This document shows, in pieces, positions 39,624 through 51,600 of a stretch of 64,000 nucleotides of DNA. Where the stretch lies: contig NC_087252.1 of NCBI RefSeq assembly GCF_037042905.1, forward strand, positions 19,904,001 to 19,968,000, read 5' to 3'. The position numbers and the translations under genes were made by a program. Under the pieces are notes generated by a model, which searched no databases, was not told where the DNA came from, and worked only from the letters and a program-made list of their open reading frames with translations. The first letter of the stretch is position 1; each line of letters starts with the position of its first letter. The DNA is from Lytechinus pictus. Its lineage: Eukaryota.

Positions 39624-40036
39624 CAGACCTGCCAACCTTCTACAACCCAAAAAAAGTATTCTTAGAAGGAAAAAAAACAAATTGACCAAAAAAGGGTATT
39701 TTTAAAAAATTGTCTCAACAGTCGCCAGCCTGTTGTAGTGATTGGTGAAAAACATGAGAATGACTCTACATGTACTTGAAAACTTGATAATTCACCATTT
39801 GAAACGTGGTCGTAGGCAAGAATTTATTTCTTTTCATGCAACAAGTTACTAGCCCAACAGTGATTTTTACCGGTCTGGGACCGTCGGACCTATGCTAGTG
39901 ATGCGCACTGTGTATAATATATACTTCATGATCGGAAATTTAAAAAAAAGTAAGAAATCATACAAAAAAGTATTGGCGTATTCATAGTAAAAAAAGAGGA
40001 ACAAATACTCTAAAAAGGGAATGGTTGGCATGTCTG
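39624..40036. mobile_element. MITE with CAG...CTG ends
   Basis: ttatgt-cagacctgccaacc ... ggttggcatgtctg-ttatgt, with a 6-bp flanking direct repeat. Confidence 0.55.
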
Positions 40037-40144
40037 TTATGTGCTACCTGCGCTTTTCTTTTATGATGTATCTGACCTGCAGCAAGCAGTGTATTAAGTT
40101 TATCACAAAGTCAATGTAGACTCCGATGGCGATTTTACATGTTA

Positions 40145-40430
40145 AGCGTCGTGGCCCAGTGGATTAGTCTCTGGACTTTGAAACAGAGGGTCGTGGGTTC
40201 AAATCCCAGCCATGGCGTAATTTCCTTCGGCAAGGAATTCATCCACAGTGTGCTGCACTCGACCCAGGTGAGGTAAATGGGTACCGGCAGGAAGTTGTTC
40301 CTCAAAAAGCTGTGTGCACCTGAATAGGCAGCCTAGCTTAGCCGGTTGATAATAATAGCAGGGCCTGCTGGGAGAACAGTTTTCGGAACTGAAGTGGCTG
40401 CCCTGGGTAAATTTACCGTTATTATTATTA
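40145..40430 (+). mobile_element. tRNA-derived SINE, near full length
   Basis: gtggcccagtggattag (A box) ... gggttcaaatccc (B box), conserved body and (TTA)n tail. Confidence 0.8.
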
Positions 40431-41487
40431 AATTGACTAAACAGATATCCTCTGGTCCATATATAAGATAACATTACATTTCATCTTCCCTCTTGGGCAC
40501 AAGCTTAGCCATTAGGAAAATTCTCCTTTAAACTATCAACATCCCAATTTCGAGTTCCTAAACAAACCCCTCTCCCATCACTATATTATCAATCCTTTGC
40601 AAGAATTGTAATCCTTCAACAAACACATGCTCGCCCAGATGTAATCCACCTTCCCCCCAGGAGGAGTGACCCTCATTGCCTGGCAGCACTGGCAGATAGA
40701 GAGGAAGAGAGACATGCAATAGTCTTTTTTGGATTTGTTGAATTCCGCGATCATGATATTATGACTGAACGCAGAGGACAGCAACACACGGCCGTGTTTC
40801 TGCCTTTATGCGGACGTGAGTGTAAAGCCATTTCGATACGATCGAGTGCTGGAGGGGCTTGAGTGCAGTCACGATGTATGGATTTTCATGATTGTTGTAG
40901 CGAAGTGAGATCGTGTTTTTTCCAGTTGAAATTCGTAATTCGTTGAGGATTTGGGAGTAATTTCTGTTGCTATACTGTGCATTTTGAGAAGAAATGTTTT
41001 TCGTGATTTTTCGTATTAAAAGTCACTTTCCGTTTCAAAAGGCTGATTCCGTAAATTCCGTCCGTTTTCCATGATCGCGGGAAATCACTGTCCCTAATGT
41101 TGAATGTAGACAACATTACTACAACAATTTTTCGGTGAGCACAGAGAAACAAACTTTATTGAATGTACTATTGACTCCCCAGACTTCACAATTAAATATC
41201 TGAAACATATGGCAGAACTTGAACGCTTTATATCTTCATTTTCTGGTGGGGTTCACTAACTTTTGAGCACCACAGTATATAAATAAATGATTGGTGTTAC
41301 AACATTTGCTCCTGCGACAATTGCTCCGGCTTAATTTCATCTAAGATGTAGGGTTATGGTTGCAAGATGGTTTTATATTAGATTTAGGGTAGGGTATAAG
41401 TTGGTCATTCGATTTAGTGTGTGGAATTAAGAAAAGAGCAATTTTCACAGGAGCAAATGTCATGGAACCAAATGATTAAAGATTCAC

Positions 41488-41648
41488 ATGTATCTCCATA
41501 AACAGTGTAGATCCTTCAGGACTTTCAAAGACATAGTGGGTGAAATCGTAGAATTCGCTTGCTGGAGTATCACGACCATCAAGAGTTCTCTCTCTCACAA
41601 ACCCTTCACTGAAGTCTGTCCAAACCCCAACCTGGATGTCACTTTCAC
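41488..41648 (-). CDS. Gene A beta domain copy 2, first half
   Basis: 161 bp, phase 1 to 0: SESDIQVGVWTDFSEGFVRERTLDGRDTPASEFYDFTHYVFESPEGSTLFMEIH; same length as paralog 61056-61216. Confidence 0.88.
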
Positions 41649-41779
41649 CTAGGGAACAGAATGAAACCAAACAAAAATAGGGAGTGATATAGAGAAGAAG
41701 CCAAAGAGAGTGAGAGAGAGAGAGAGAGATAGAGTGAGAAAGTATTGTGAGAGATTGCGAGACAGACCAAGAGAGTGAA

Positions 41780-42165
41780 TATGTGGTCTAGCGGTTCTGA
41801 CTCGCCTTTCAAACAGATGGTCGAAGGTTCGAATCCTAACCATGCCATGTTTTTCTTCAGCAAGAAATCTATCCACACTGCGTGCGCTCGACTCATGTGA
41901 GGGGAACGGGTACCCGGCAGGATTAATTCCTTGAATGCACGAGCGCGAAAGGCAACTCGAGCTAAAGCCTACATGTACATATAAGTATGCCTAGCAATTG
42001 AGTCTTAGAACTCTTGTTGGAATGCTCCCCAGGGAATCGAGAAAGTGCATACATTTTGTGCGGGCATGCCACAATCCGATGAACGGGCTAATAATTGCAA
42101 TGTAAAGCGCTTAGAAACCAAGTGTAATAAGCGCTTTATAAATGTACCTAATATCATTATCATTA
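41780..42165 (+). mobile_element. tRNA-derived SINE
   Basis: A/B boxes (gtggtctagcgg, ggttcgaatcc), same body family as 6720 and 40145. Confidence 0.7.
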
Positions 42166-42293
42166 TAAAGACCAAACTATTATTTTAGCTATTAACAGAG
42201 AACCCTTCCTGGTGACTTATTGTTGGTTTAAGGGTGGCTGGTCACATATCTGCATATCAATTATAACAACTACTGTACAGAATAGAGACTTAC

Positions 42294-42416
42294 TGATGAA
42301 ATCGGTGTGTCTGCATAGTTCATTTGTCTCGTCTTCCCCACCGAAACAATCATTATAAAAGTTGCAAACTTGAAGGTCAAGCAGACATGATGAAGAACCA
42401 TTACATGCAAAACATC
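42294..42416 (-). CDS. Gene A LDLa type X exon (GCFACNGSSSCLLDLQVCNFYNDCFGGEDETNELCRHTDFI)
   Basis: 123 bp, phase 1-1, donor gtaagt; paralog of 61517-61639. Confidence 0.88.
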
Positions 42417-43635
42417 CTGAGGACAAATGCAGAGAAGTAAAGACAAATGAAAAATAAGCTCTTAATTGCAGGATGCATTATCATAATAAAGTCATCAAGG
42501 CTGATTGTTCATTGTTATATTGTCATACATGTAGTACTGATGTAGTAAAGGTTACGCATACATAACTTTGTGAAATAGTTTTAGAAATATATTAATATGT
42601 GCTGAAAATCTATATCGTAATGAAAATTAAGAATAATGCAGAGCACATGCCTATATGCCGTAATGCATGAAAAATAACCATAACCTGGGCAAATCAAATT
42701 GGCATCCAATTTTCATTTTGACATAAAAAGACTAGGAGGGTCATTTTGATATCTCCAAAACCAATCAGATCATTTCTGTCTTTTGAACGAGTTCAAAAAT
42801 GATCTGACAAATAAATTTTAAGTTATTGTGAGAAGTTCAAAATCATTTTTCTACATGTACAGTATGACAAAAAAAGCAAACCTTTACATTCAAATGGATA
42901 AAAGCAACAAGAAGTTAAATAAACAAACATATATCAAATATCGTTAATGGAAATCAATATATAATCTTTTAGGCTGATATAACACCCAAGAACATGTTCC
43001 AGCCATTCAGTAAGGCATGACTTTACAAATTAACCCTAAATTACTAGGGGCGGCAGTGACACATACCCTGCACTATTAGCATGTACATGTATCAACAACG
43101 TTAAAAAACTCCCATGATTCAAACCCCAATGGTGTCTTCCCCCCCGTTAGTATCCAGACCAGGGCGGCTGAAGTTGTTTAGCTTCTCGTAGACCTAGTCT
43201 ACAAACAGAAATATCAACTTAAGTGCCTGTTTTGGGCTCAAAATCACTGTTTTGACTAAAGTCAGATTGATCAATAGCTTCCCCCTAAGTCATCACGTGC
43301 CTCGCCACGTATTACACCATGTACCGTAGGTATTACCACACACGCCACACCATCGCTGTAGAGTGGCATATTATGACAATTTTTTATGCTAAAACCCTCC
43401 TAAATCATTTCCAATCTTGACTGAGATTATTGACTAAACATCCCTACAAGTACTAGAGAGATGACGTCATTTATAAAAGATCACCCGACATTTACATGTA
43501 GAATACATGTTTTTTTAAGTCACACGGCTTCAGGCCGGTATCCCAGCCTACCGGGTTCAGAGGGTTAAAACAACACCTCCTAAGAAAGGTGAAGTGATGA
43601 AAGAAAATAAATATAATGGAAAAGAAGAATCTTAC

Positions 43636-43755
43636 CTGCACAATTGTATTCATCAGAACCACCTGGGCAATCATAGTTTCCATCACATCCAACGGCAGTG
43701 TAATTATAACAAATGGACTCATTAAAGAAGCATGGGTATAGACCATCTGGGCAAA
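43636..43755 (-). CDS. Gene A LDLa exon (ICPDGLYPCFFNESICYNYTAVGCDGNYDCPGGSDEYNCA)
   Basis: 120 bp, phase 1-1; acceptor ctaacag, donor gtaaga. Confidence 0.9.
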
Positions 43756-43984
43756 CTGTTAGTGGAAACAAAATATTATGGTATATAAATGTACATGTAC
43801 TCTGACATATATTTTTCTAATTAATTCAACCCCAATGTTCAACAGAAAATGGTCATACATTTCATCTATTCAGAATAATAAAAAAGTTCACCATCACAGA
43901 ATTGATTTGATATTCCTTAATACATTGTAAGACTCAGTATCACCATCTAATTCATATCCATTATAAATGCACTTCAAAACTCAC

Positions 43985-44107
43985 TATCACAATTCGATTC
44001 ATCACTACCATCTACGCAATCATTTAATTCGTCGCAGACCCAGTAGTTAGAAATACAGTTACCAAGTGCAGGATTAATAGTTGGGCATGCAAACTCGAGG
44101 CATGTTT
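43985..44107 (-). CDS. Gene A LDLa exon ([41 protein letters not shown])
   Basis: 123 bp, phase 1-1; acceptor ttttacag, donor gtgagt; not in the ORF track. Confidence 0.9.
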
Positions 44108-44646
44108 CTGTAAAAAGAAAATTGATTGATTGATTCTATTCATAAATGTGAAGTGGAAATACTTTCTTTCCAGACAATCACATATACATGTACATCAAAT
44201 ATAACTACACCAACCATCTAGGTTTAAAATCCTCAAGAGGACTGATCTAAAAATGATTAGATGTGTCTTTAGGGCAGTGCCATAAAATATGCACGTCCGG
44301 CCCCCTATACATGTATGTGGGACCTTCATGAAATTGTCTGTCTCTATTTCTTGTTCTTTTGACGGTCTGTAATGATCTCAAATGACCTTGACCTACATGT
44401 AGTCATATTATAAGTAAGAATTGAGAGAAATGGGGGTCGGATGTACAAAAAAGTTTATCCTTTTATGGAATTGCCATTTGAATACAAAATTAAATTACAT
44501 GTATACAAAACTATCATTTTAAAGTTAAGAATCAAATGCAGCATATTCATTGTAGATATTCTTCATTCAAAGTTGAAAACTCGCTTTCAAGACAATCTGA
44601 CTGATCTCTAGCCTCTGAGCAATCTGTTATTTTATAATAGACTCAC

Positions 44647-44705
44647 TTGTCAGGAATAGTTACCATAATCAGGATCAATAGCATGGCAGACAAACTCATT
44701 GCAAA
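44647..44705 (-). pseudogene. Decayed LDLa pseudo-exon (CNEFVCHAIDPDYGNYS*)
   Basis: Resembles the first half of exon 19076-19195 (CNEFSCQTADPVYGNCIS); the second half is missing, there is an in-frame TGA, and a gtgagt donor remains. Confidence 0.55.
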
Positions 44706-46755
44706 GTTCAACAAGAAAATTGATTCCGTGAAAGTTTTAATGGTGTCAATATTTTCCACCACGCTAATTTATTTCCATAAATCTTACAAAGAGTTACGAT
44801 GGTCCAATCAATCGCAACTATGGACGGCCAGCAATGTCATCATGTATTGTGCATCTTTGTTCAAAACATTTTTTACTATGATGTATACTTATACATTCAT
44901 TGTTTTCTTAAAAATTCACTGTGCTTCTCTTTGTTTACAAAGGACATTGTGCCAATCTCCAATAGAAAAAAATTATTACCCCGATGGATTTCCATAGAGT
45001 TACGATTGATTGGATGAATCGTAACTAAAGGATAGGATAGGATAGGAAACAGAGAGAAGGATCAAAAGGGGAGAAAAGGTTATTGTAATTTTCAAGTTTT
45101 CTTGCCATTATAATGTTTTACCAAAGACACTTTTGCTATATTTTTGTGCAAATAGTGTATGTACAAGACAAGGAGTGTAACAAACTTTCACTAGCCATCT
45201 TTTAATACATCTTTGTATAAACAATGAGTATTTTATCGAGGTCCTTTAATTTGGAATTCAATTCCACCTGAAGATTGTCAAAGTCACTAAATGTCTTTAA
45301 ATAGAAATATAAAACTTTGTAACTTGATCAATATAATTCGCATAGATACATAGGCTCTTGTATTCAGTATTACAGTTTTATTTTGTTCAGGGTTTTTTGT
45401 GGCTTTTTTGTTGATTTTTTTTAAGTATAACTTCTATATTTGTCATTTAATTTTTTACCATGTTAAAGGGGAATCCAGCCTTGGCCATAAAATGTTGTGT
45501 TGGGAAGGAGAAAAATAAATTAAAGAGAATGGTGAAAGTTTGAAAGAAATCGGACAAGCAATAAGAAAGTTATAGCTGCTCTAAAATTGAGATCACTAAT
45601 AGTATGTAGATTTCAAATTGGCGACTGGGTAGAGAATCGGTTGGTACACCGATTACAAGGTAAAGCCTTTTTATAAACCAGCCAGGGAAACCCTTGATTC
45701 AACAAAAGAACATTTAACATGTGAAAGGGACAGCTTTTCTATTGTTTTGCATACAAAAACTAATCTTTAGATTGAACTTGTTTTAAACATAATCTGGCAT
45801 AGTCCCCTCTTAAGATAAATTTGGCTTAATGTGGCAAAAAGACATACCACTACATAACATTGGATGGATCTCCCTACTAAGCTGAGCCATTACAGCTAGG
45901 CCTGGGACTTTCGGGTTTTTTTGTTTTCGGGTACCCGTGATAGTTTTTGGGCGGGTACCCGAAAATCATGTCGCTTGAAATATGACTGGTGGAAAAACCC
46001 CAATGGTGACGTCATCCAGCCACTGCAATGCAAGCAAATTTATGAATGAAAATATAGTAAGCATGCGCATTGCAAGCCTCCCGTGCCCCACGCAGTATTC
46101 CATCGAAACAAGTCTGCAATACTCTGTCACCTCGTACCAAAATTGACCTAAAATTCCACTTTCCTATATTTCATATGAATTATGAAAGGTATTCTCAGAG
46201 GATCTGTTTTCTCACCGATAGCAAACGGGTAAGCAAATTTTATTACTTCTCGCTTTTCTGTCAAAATCTTACGAAGTAGCGTTGATATTACATCGTGTTC
46301 GTGAGTTTGTATAATCTATCGCTACGTGAACAAAGTCAATTGATTTTCTGGTTTTGGAGCGTCGAATGCTCCAGCAAATCACGATCATGTTACCATTTTC
46401 GGTTTATGATGAACTTAAAATAACAAGAACGTAATTGGCTGGGGCCTCGTACAAATGTTCATTTAAAAAAAATCAATTTCCTATGTATTTTGTTGCTTTT
46501 TTTTCAATTTTCAAGATTGGATATGACATGCATTTATACAAGTACAACATTGCACAATTTCCTAGTAGCGTAACTATCCATGCATTTCAAATTTGGTCTA
46601 AAAAATGCAAGACTTAAAAGAGTAGTCATGCAATTATGTGTCTCGATCCTTAAAGCATTCCAAATTTATTGCAAAAAATGTCAGGAGGAGGGGGGGGGGG
46701 GTAAAGCACAACACCCCCCCCATCCTGGAGTATTAATTTTCAGATTTGAGCTTAC

Positions 46756-46866
46756 TGCAATTCACTTCATCTGACCCGTCTTCACAATTATTAACTCCGT
46801 CACATACGTAAGAAGCATTTATGCAGTCGGGTTGTGATGGACACTGGAAACAAGGGGGCTCCGTAG
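46756..46866 (-). CDS. Gene A LDLa exon ([37 protein letters not shown])
   Basis: 111 bp, phase 1-1; acceptor tttttctacag, donor gtaagc; not in the ORF track. Confidence 0.9.
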
Positions 46867-46959
46867 CTGTAGAAAAAAAAAACACAAAGAAAATTAGAGG
46901 GTTTGGATCCACCGGTAAATCCTAATAAAGTCATTCTCAATCACAAAGAGTTTCATGAT

Positions 46960-47795
46960 AAACAAGTGGAGCACCTCTGGCAGTCTCGACTGCAATATGG
47001 AAGCAGTGCTGTCTTTAAAAACGACTATAGAATTATTCACAAAAAAAACACCAATCATATGATATTGAAATACTATGTTCATTTATTCTAAATGACATTT
47101 GACCTTGATTGTGTGACTGAAGACTTGTGCAAGATGATCATTGATGCTTGATTACCCTTATGTCCACATTTTATGAACTAGATCCATACACTTGCAAAGT
47201 TATGATGGCAATTCAACAAATACCCCCAAAACGGCCAAAGTTCATTGATCTTGGTCATGTGACCTGAAAGTCACACAAGATGTTCACTGATAATTAATTG
47301 CACTCATGTCCAAGTTTCATGAACTAGATCCATATACTTTCAAAGTTATGACATTTAAAAACTTAACCTTGGTTTACATTTCAATTTGATTCCACAAACA
47401 TAATCTACGTTCATTGACCCCAAAAATGACCTTTGACCTTTGTCATGTGACCTGAAGCTCACAAAAGAAATTAACTGATACTTGATTTCTCTTATGTCCT
47501 GGTTTCTTGGAACAGATCCATAAACTTTCAAAGCTATGATTGAAATCAACAAATACCCCCAACATGGCCAACGTTCATTGACCATTAATGACCTTTGACC
47601 TTGGTCATGTAACCTGAAACTCACCTAGAATGTTCAGTAGAGTCCAAGTTCTATGAACTAGGTCTATATACTTTATAAGTTATGATGACATTTCAAAAAC
47701 TTATCTTTAGGCTAAGATTTAATGTTGACGCTGTCGTTGGAAAAGCGGTGCCTACATGTAAAGTCTCACTCTGCTATGCAGACGAGGCAAAAAAC
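46960..47795. mobile_element. Helentron/HINE-like element, second copy
   Basis: Same ends (aacaagtggagcacctctggcagtctcg ... ctctgctatgcagacgaggcaaaa) and tgacctttgacc repeats as 31236-32184. Confidence 0.65.
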
Positions 47796-47818
47796 AAGAT
47801 TATGTAATATATAATGTA

Positions 47819-48641
47819 TACAGTGAGTCCCAGAAAAAACAAAACCGAGATTTATTGATGATTTATCATAACTTAATCACAAATACAATAGACAAATGAC
47901 CTACCATTTTAAAGCTTAGAATCTCCTCTTTCATCTGAAATTAATTACTTTATTTCTCATTCACGCATAAGTGAGCAAAAACAATTTGAAAAGGGGATAC
48001 CAAAAAGTCACTTGGCGGGCTGTATCTGGGTTTTCAAAAGAAAACCACATTTTTAGAAAGTTCAATATCTGCTCTTTAATTTGATACCTCAATTACAGAA
48101 AATGGTCAAGAAATAACAAAGCTCTGGTTATTTGAAATAAGGCTTGAATCTCAATAATTTAAGAAAATGAAGAGGTTTTACAGGTAAGCGTCCAAACTCA
48201 CTCGACACTCCGTTTTGTTGACGATCAACCATGCATTAAGTCTTTTGTTACCGTGCGATAGCCTCTGTGGGAAACCGGTGGAAACACGTTTATTTAATGA
48301 AATTATGGAAAAACAAGCATTGTTTCGAGGCATCATAACTTTTTTACTTCTTGACAATTTTCTGTGATTAAGGTATCAAATAAAAGAGCAGATATTGAAC
48401 TTTTTAGTCATGTGATTTTCTTTTTGAAATTCAGATACCCCCCGCCAAATGAGTTTTTGGCATCCTTTCTTCGAATTGTTTTTGCTCACTGATGCGTGAA
48501 TGAGGAATAATCTAAGTAATACCAGATGAAAGAGGAGATTCTAAGCTTTACATTGGTAGGTCATTTGTCTATTTTATTTATGATTAAGTTATGATAAATC
48601 ATCGCTAAATCTCGGTTTCGTTTTTTCTGGGACGCACTGTA
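47819..48641. mobile_element. Tc1/mariner-like foldback MITE with ~300-bp TIRs
   Basis: TA-cagtgagtcccagaaaaaac ... gttttttctgggacgcactg-TA; arms stay complementary for hundreds of bp; abuts the satellite. Confidence 0.8.
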
Positions 48642-48659
48642 TATATATATATATATACA

Positions 48660-51600
48660 CATTTATCATCTATCCTTCCCTTTCTCCTCCATCCTAGTAT
48701 ACTTACCTTCACATCCGTATTCATCCTCTTCACTATCAAGACACTGAACTTCACCATCACTTTATTATCTATCCTTCTCTTTCTCCTCCATCCTAGTATT
48801 CTTACCTTCACATCCGTATTCATCCTCTTCACTATCAAGACACTGAACTTCACCATCACATTTATCATCTATCCTTCTCTTTCTCCTCCATCCAAGTATT
48901 CTTACCTTCACATCCATATTAATCCTCTTCACTATCAAGATACTGAACTTCACCATCACATTTATCATCTATCCTTCTCTTTCTCCTCCATCCAAGTATG
49001 CTTACCTTCACATCCATATTCATCCTCTTCACTATCAAGACACTGAACTTCACCATCACATTTATCATCTATCCTTCTCTTTCTCCTCCATCCAAGTATT
49101 CTTATCTTCACATCCGTATTCATCCTCTCCACTATCAAGACACTGAACTTCACCATCACATTTATCATCTATCCTTCTCTTTCTCCTCCATCCAAGTATT
49201 CTTACCTTCACAGCCGTATTCATCCTCTCCACTATCAAGACACTGAACTTCACCATCACATTTATCATCTATCCTTCTCTTTCTCCTCCATCAAAGTATT
49301 CTTACCTTCACATCCGTATTCATCCTCTCCACTATCAAGACACTGAACTTCACCATCACATTTATCATCTATCCTTCTCTTTCTCCTCCATCCAAGTATT
49401 CTTACCTTCACATCCGTATTCATCCTCTCCACTATCAAGACACTGAACTTCACCATTACATTTATCATCTATCCTTCTCTTTCTCCTCCATCCTAGTATT
49501 CTTACCTTCACATCCGTATTCATCCTCTCCACTATCAAGACACTGATCTTCATCATCACATTTATCATCTATCCTTCTCTTTCTCCTCCATCAAAGTATT
49601 CTTACCTTCACATCCATATTCATCCTTTCCACTATCAAGACACTGAACTTCACCATCACATTTATCATCTATCCTTCTCTTTCTCCTCCATCCTAGTATT
49701 CTTACCTTCACATCCATATTCATCCTCTTCACTATCAAGACACTGAACTTCACCATCACATTTATCATCTATCCTTCTCTTTCTCCTCCATCCTAGTATT
49801 CTTACCTTCATATCCGTATTCATCCTCTCCACTATCAAGACACTGAACTTCACCATCACATTTATCATCTATCCTTCTCTTTCTCCTCCATCAAAGTATT
49901 CTTACCTTCACATCCGTATTCATCCTCTCCACTATCAAGACACTGAACTTCACCATCACATTTATCATCTATCCTTCTCTTTCTCCTCCATCCAAGTATT
50001 CTTACCTTCACATCCGTATTCATCCTCTCCACTATCAAGACACTGAACTTCACCATCACATTTATCATCTATCCTTCTCTTTCTCCTCCATCCTAGTATT
50101 CTTACCTTCATATCCGTATTCATCCTCTCCACTATCAAGACACTGAACTTCACCATCACATTTATCATCTATCCTTCTCTTTCTCCTCCATCAAAGTATT
50201 CTTACCTTCACATCCGTATTCATCCTCTCCACTGTCAAGACACTGAACTTCACCATCACATTAATCATCTATCCTTCTCTTTCTCCTCCATCCAAGTATA
50301 CTTACCTTCACATCCGTATTCATCCTCTCCACTATCAAGACACTGAACTTCACCATCACATTTATCATCTATCCTTCTCTTTCTCCTCCATCCAAGTATT
50401 CTTACCTTCACATCCGTATTCATCCTCTCCACTATCAAGACACTGAACTTCACCATCACATTTATCATCTATCCTTCTCTTTCTCCTCCATCAAAGTATT
50501 CTTACCTTCACATCCGTATTCATCCTCTCCACTATCAAGACACTGAACTTCACCATCACATTTATCATCTATCCTTCTCTTTCTCCTCCATCCTAGTATT
50601 CTTACCTTCATATCCGTATTCATCCTCTCCACTATCAAGACACTGAACTTCACCATCACATTTATCATCTATCCTTCTCTTTCTCCTCCATCAAAGTATT
50701 CTTACCTTCACATCCGTATTCATCCTCTCCACTGTCAAGACACTGAACTTCACCATCACATTAATCATCTATCCTTCTCTTTCTCCGCCATCCTAGTATT
50801 CTTACCTTCACATCCGTATTCATCCTCTCCACTATCAAGACACTGAACTTCCCCGTCACATTTATCATCTATCCTTCTCTTTTTCCTCCATCCAAGTATT
50901 CTTACCTTCACATCCGTATTCATCCTCTCCACTATCAAGATACTGAACTTCACCATCACATTTATCATCTATCCTTCTCTTTCTCCTCCATCCTAGTATT
51001 CTTACCTTCACATCCGTATTCATCCTCTCCACTATCAAGATACTGAACTTCACCATCACATTTATCATCTATCCTTCTCTTTCTCCTCCATCCAAGTATT
51101 CTTATCTTCACATCCGTATTCATCCTCTCCACTATCAAGATACTGAACTTCACCATCACATTTATCATCTATCCTTCTCTTTCTCCTCCATCCTAGTATT
51201 CTTACCTTCATATCCATATTCATCCTCTCCACTATCAAGATACTGAACTTCACCATCACATTTATCATCTATCCTTCTCTTTCTCCTCCATCCTAGTATT
51301 CTTACCTTCACATCCGTATTCATCCTCTCCACTATCAAGACACTGCACTTCACCATCACATTTATCATCTATCCTTCTCTTTCTCCTCCATCCAAGTATT
51401 CTTACCTTCATATCCATATTCATCCTCTCCACTATCAAGACACTGAACTTCACCATCACATTTATCATCTATCCTTCTCTTTCTCTTCCATTCTAGTATT
51501 CTTACCTTCACATCCGTATTCATCCTCTCCACTATCAAGATACTGAACTTCACCATCACATTTATCATCTATCCTTCTCTTTCTACTCCATCCAAGTATT

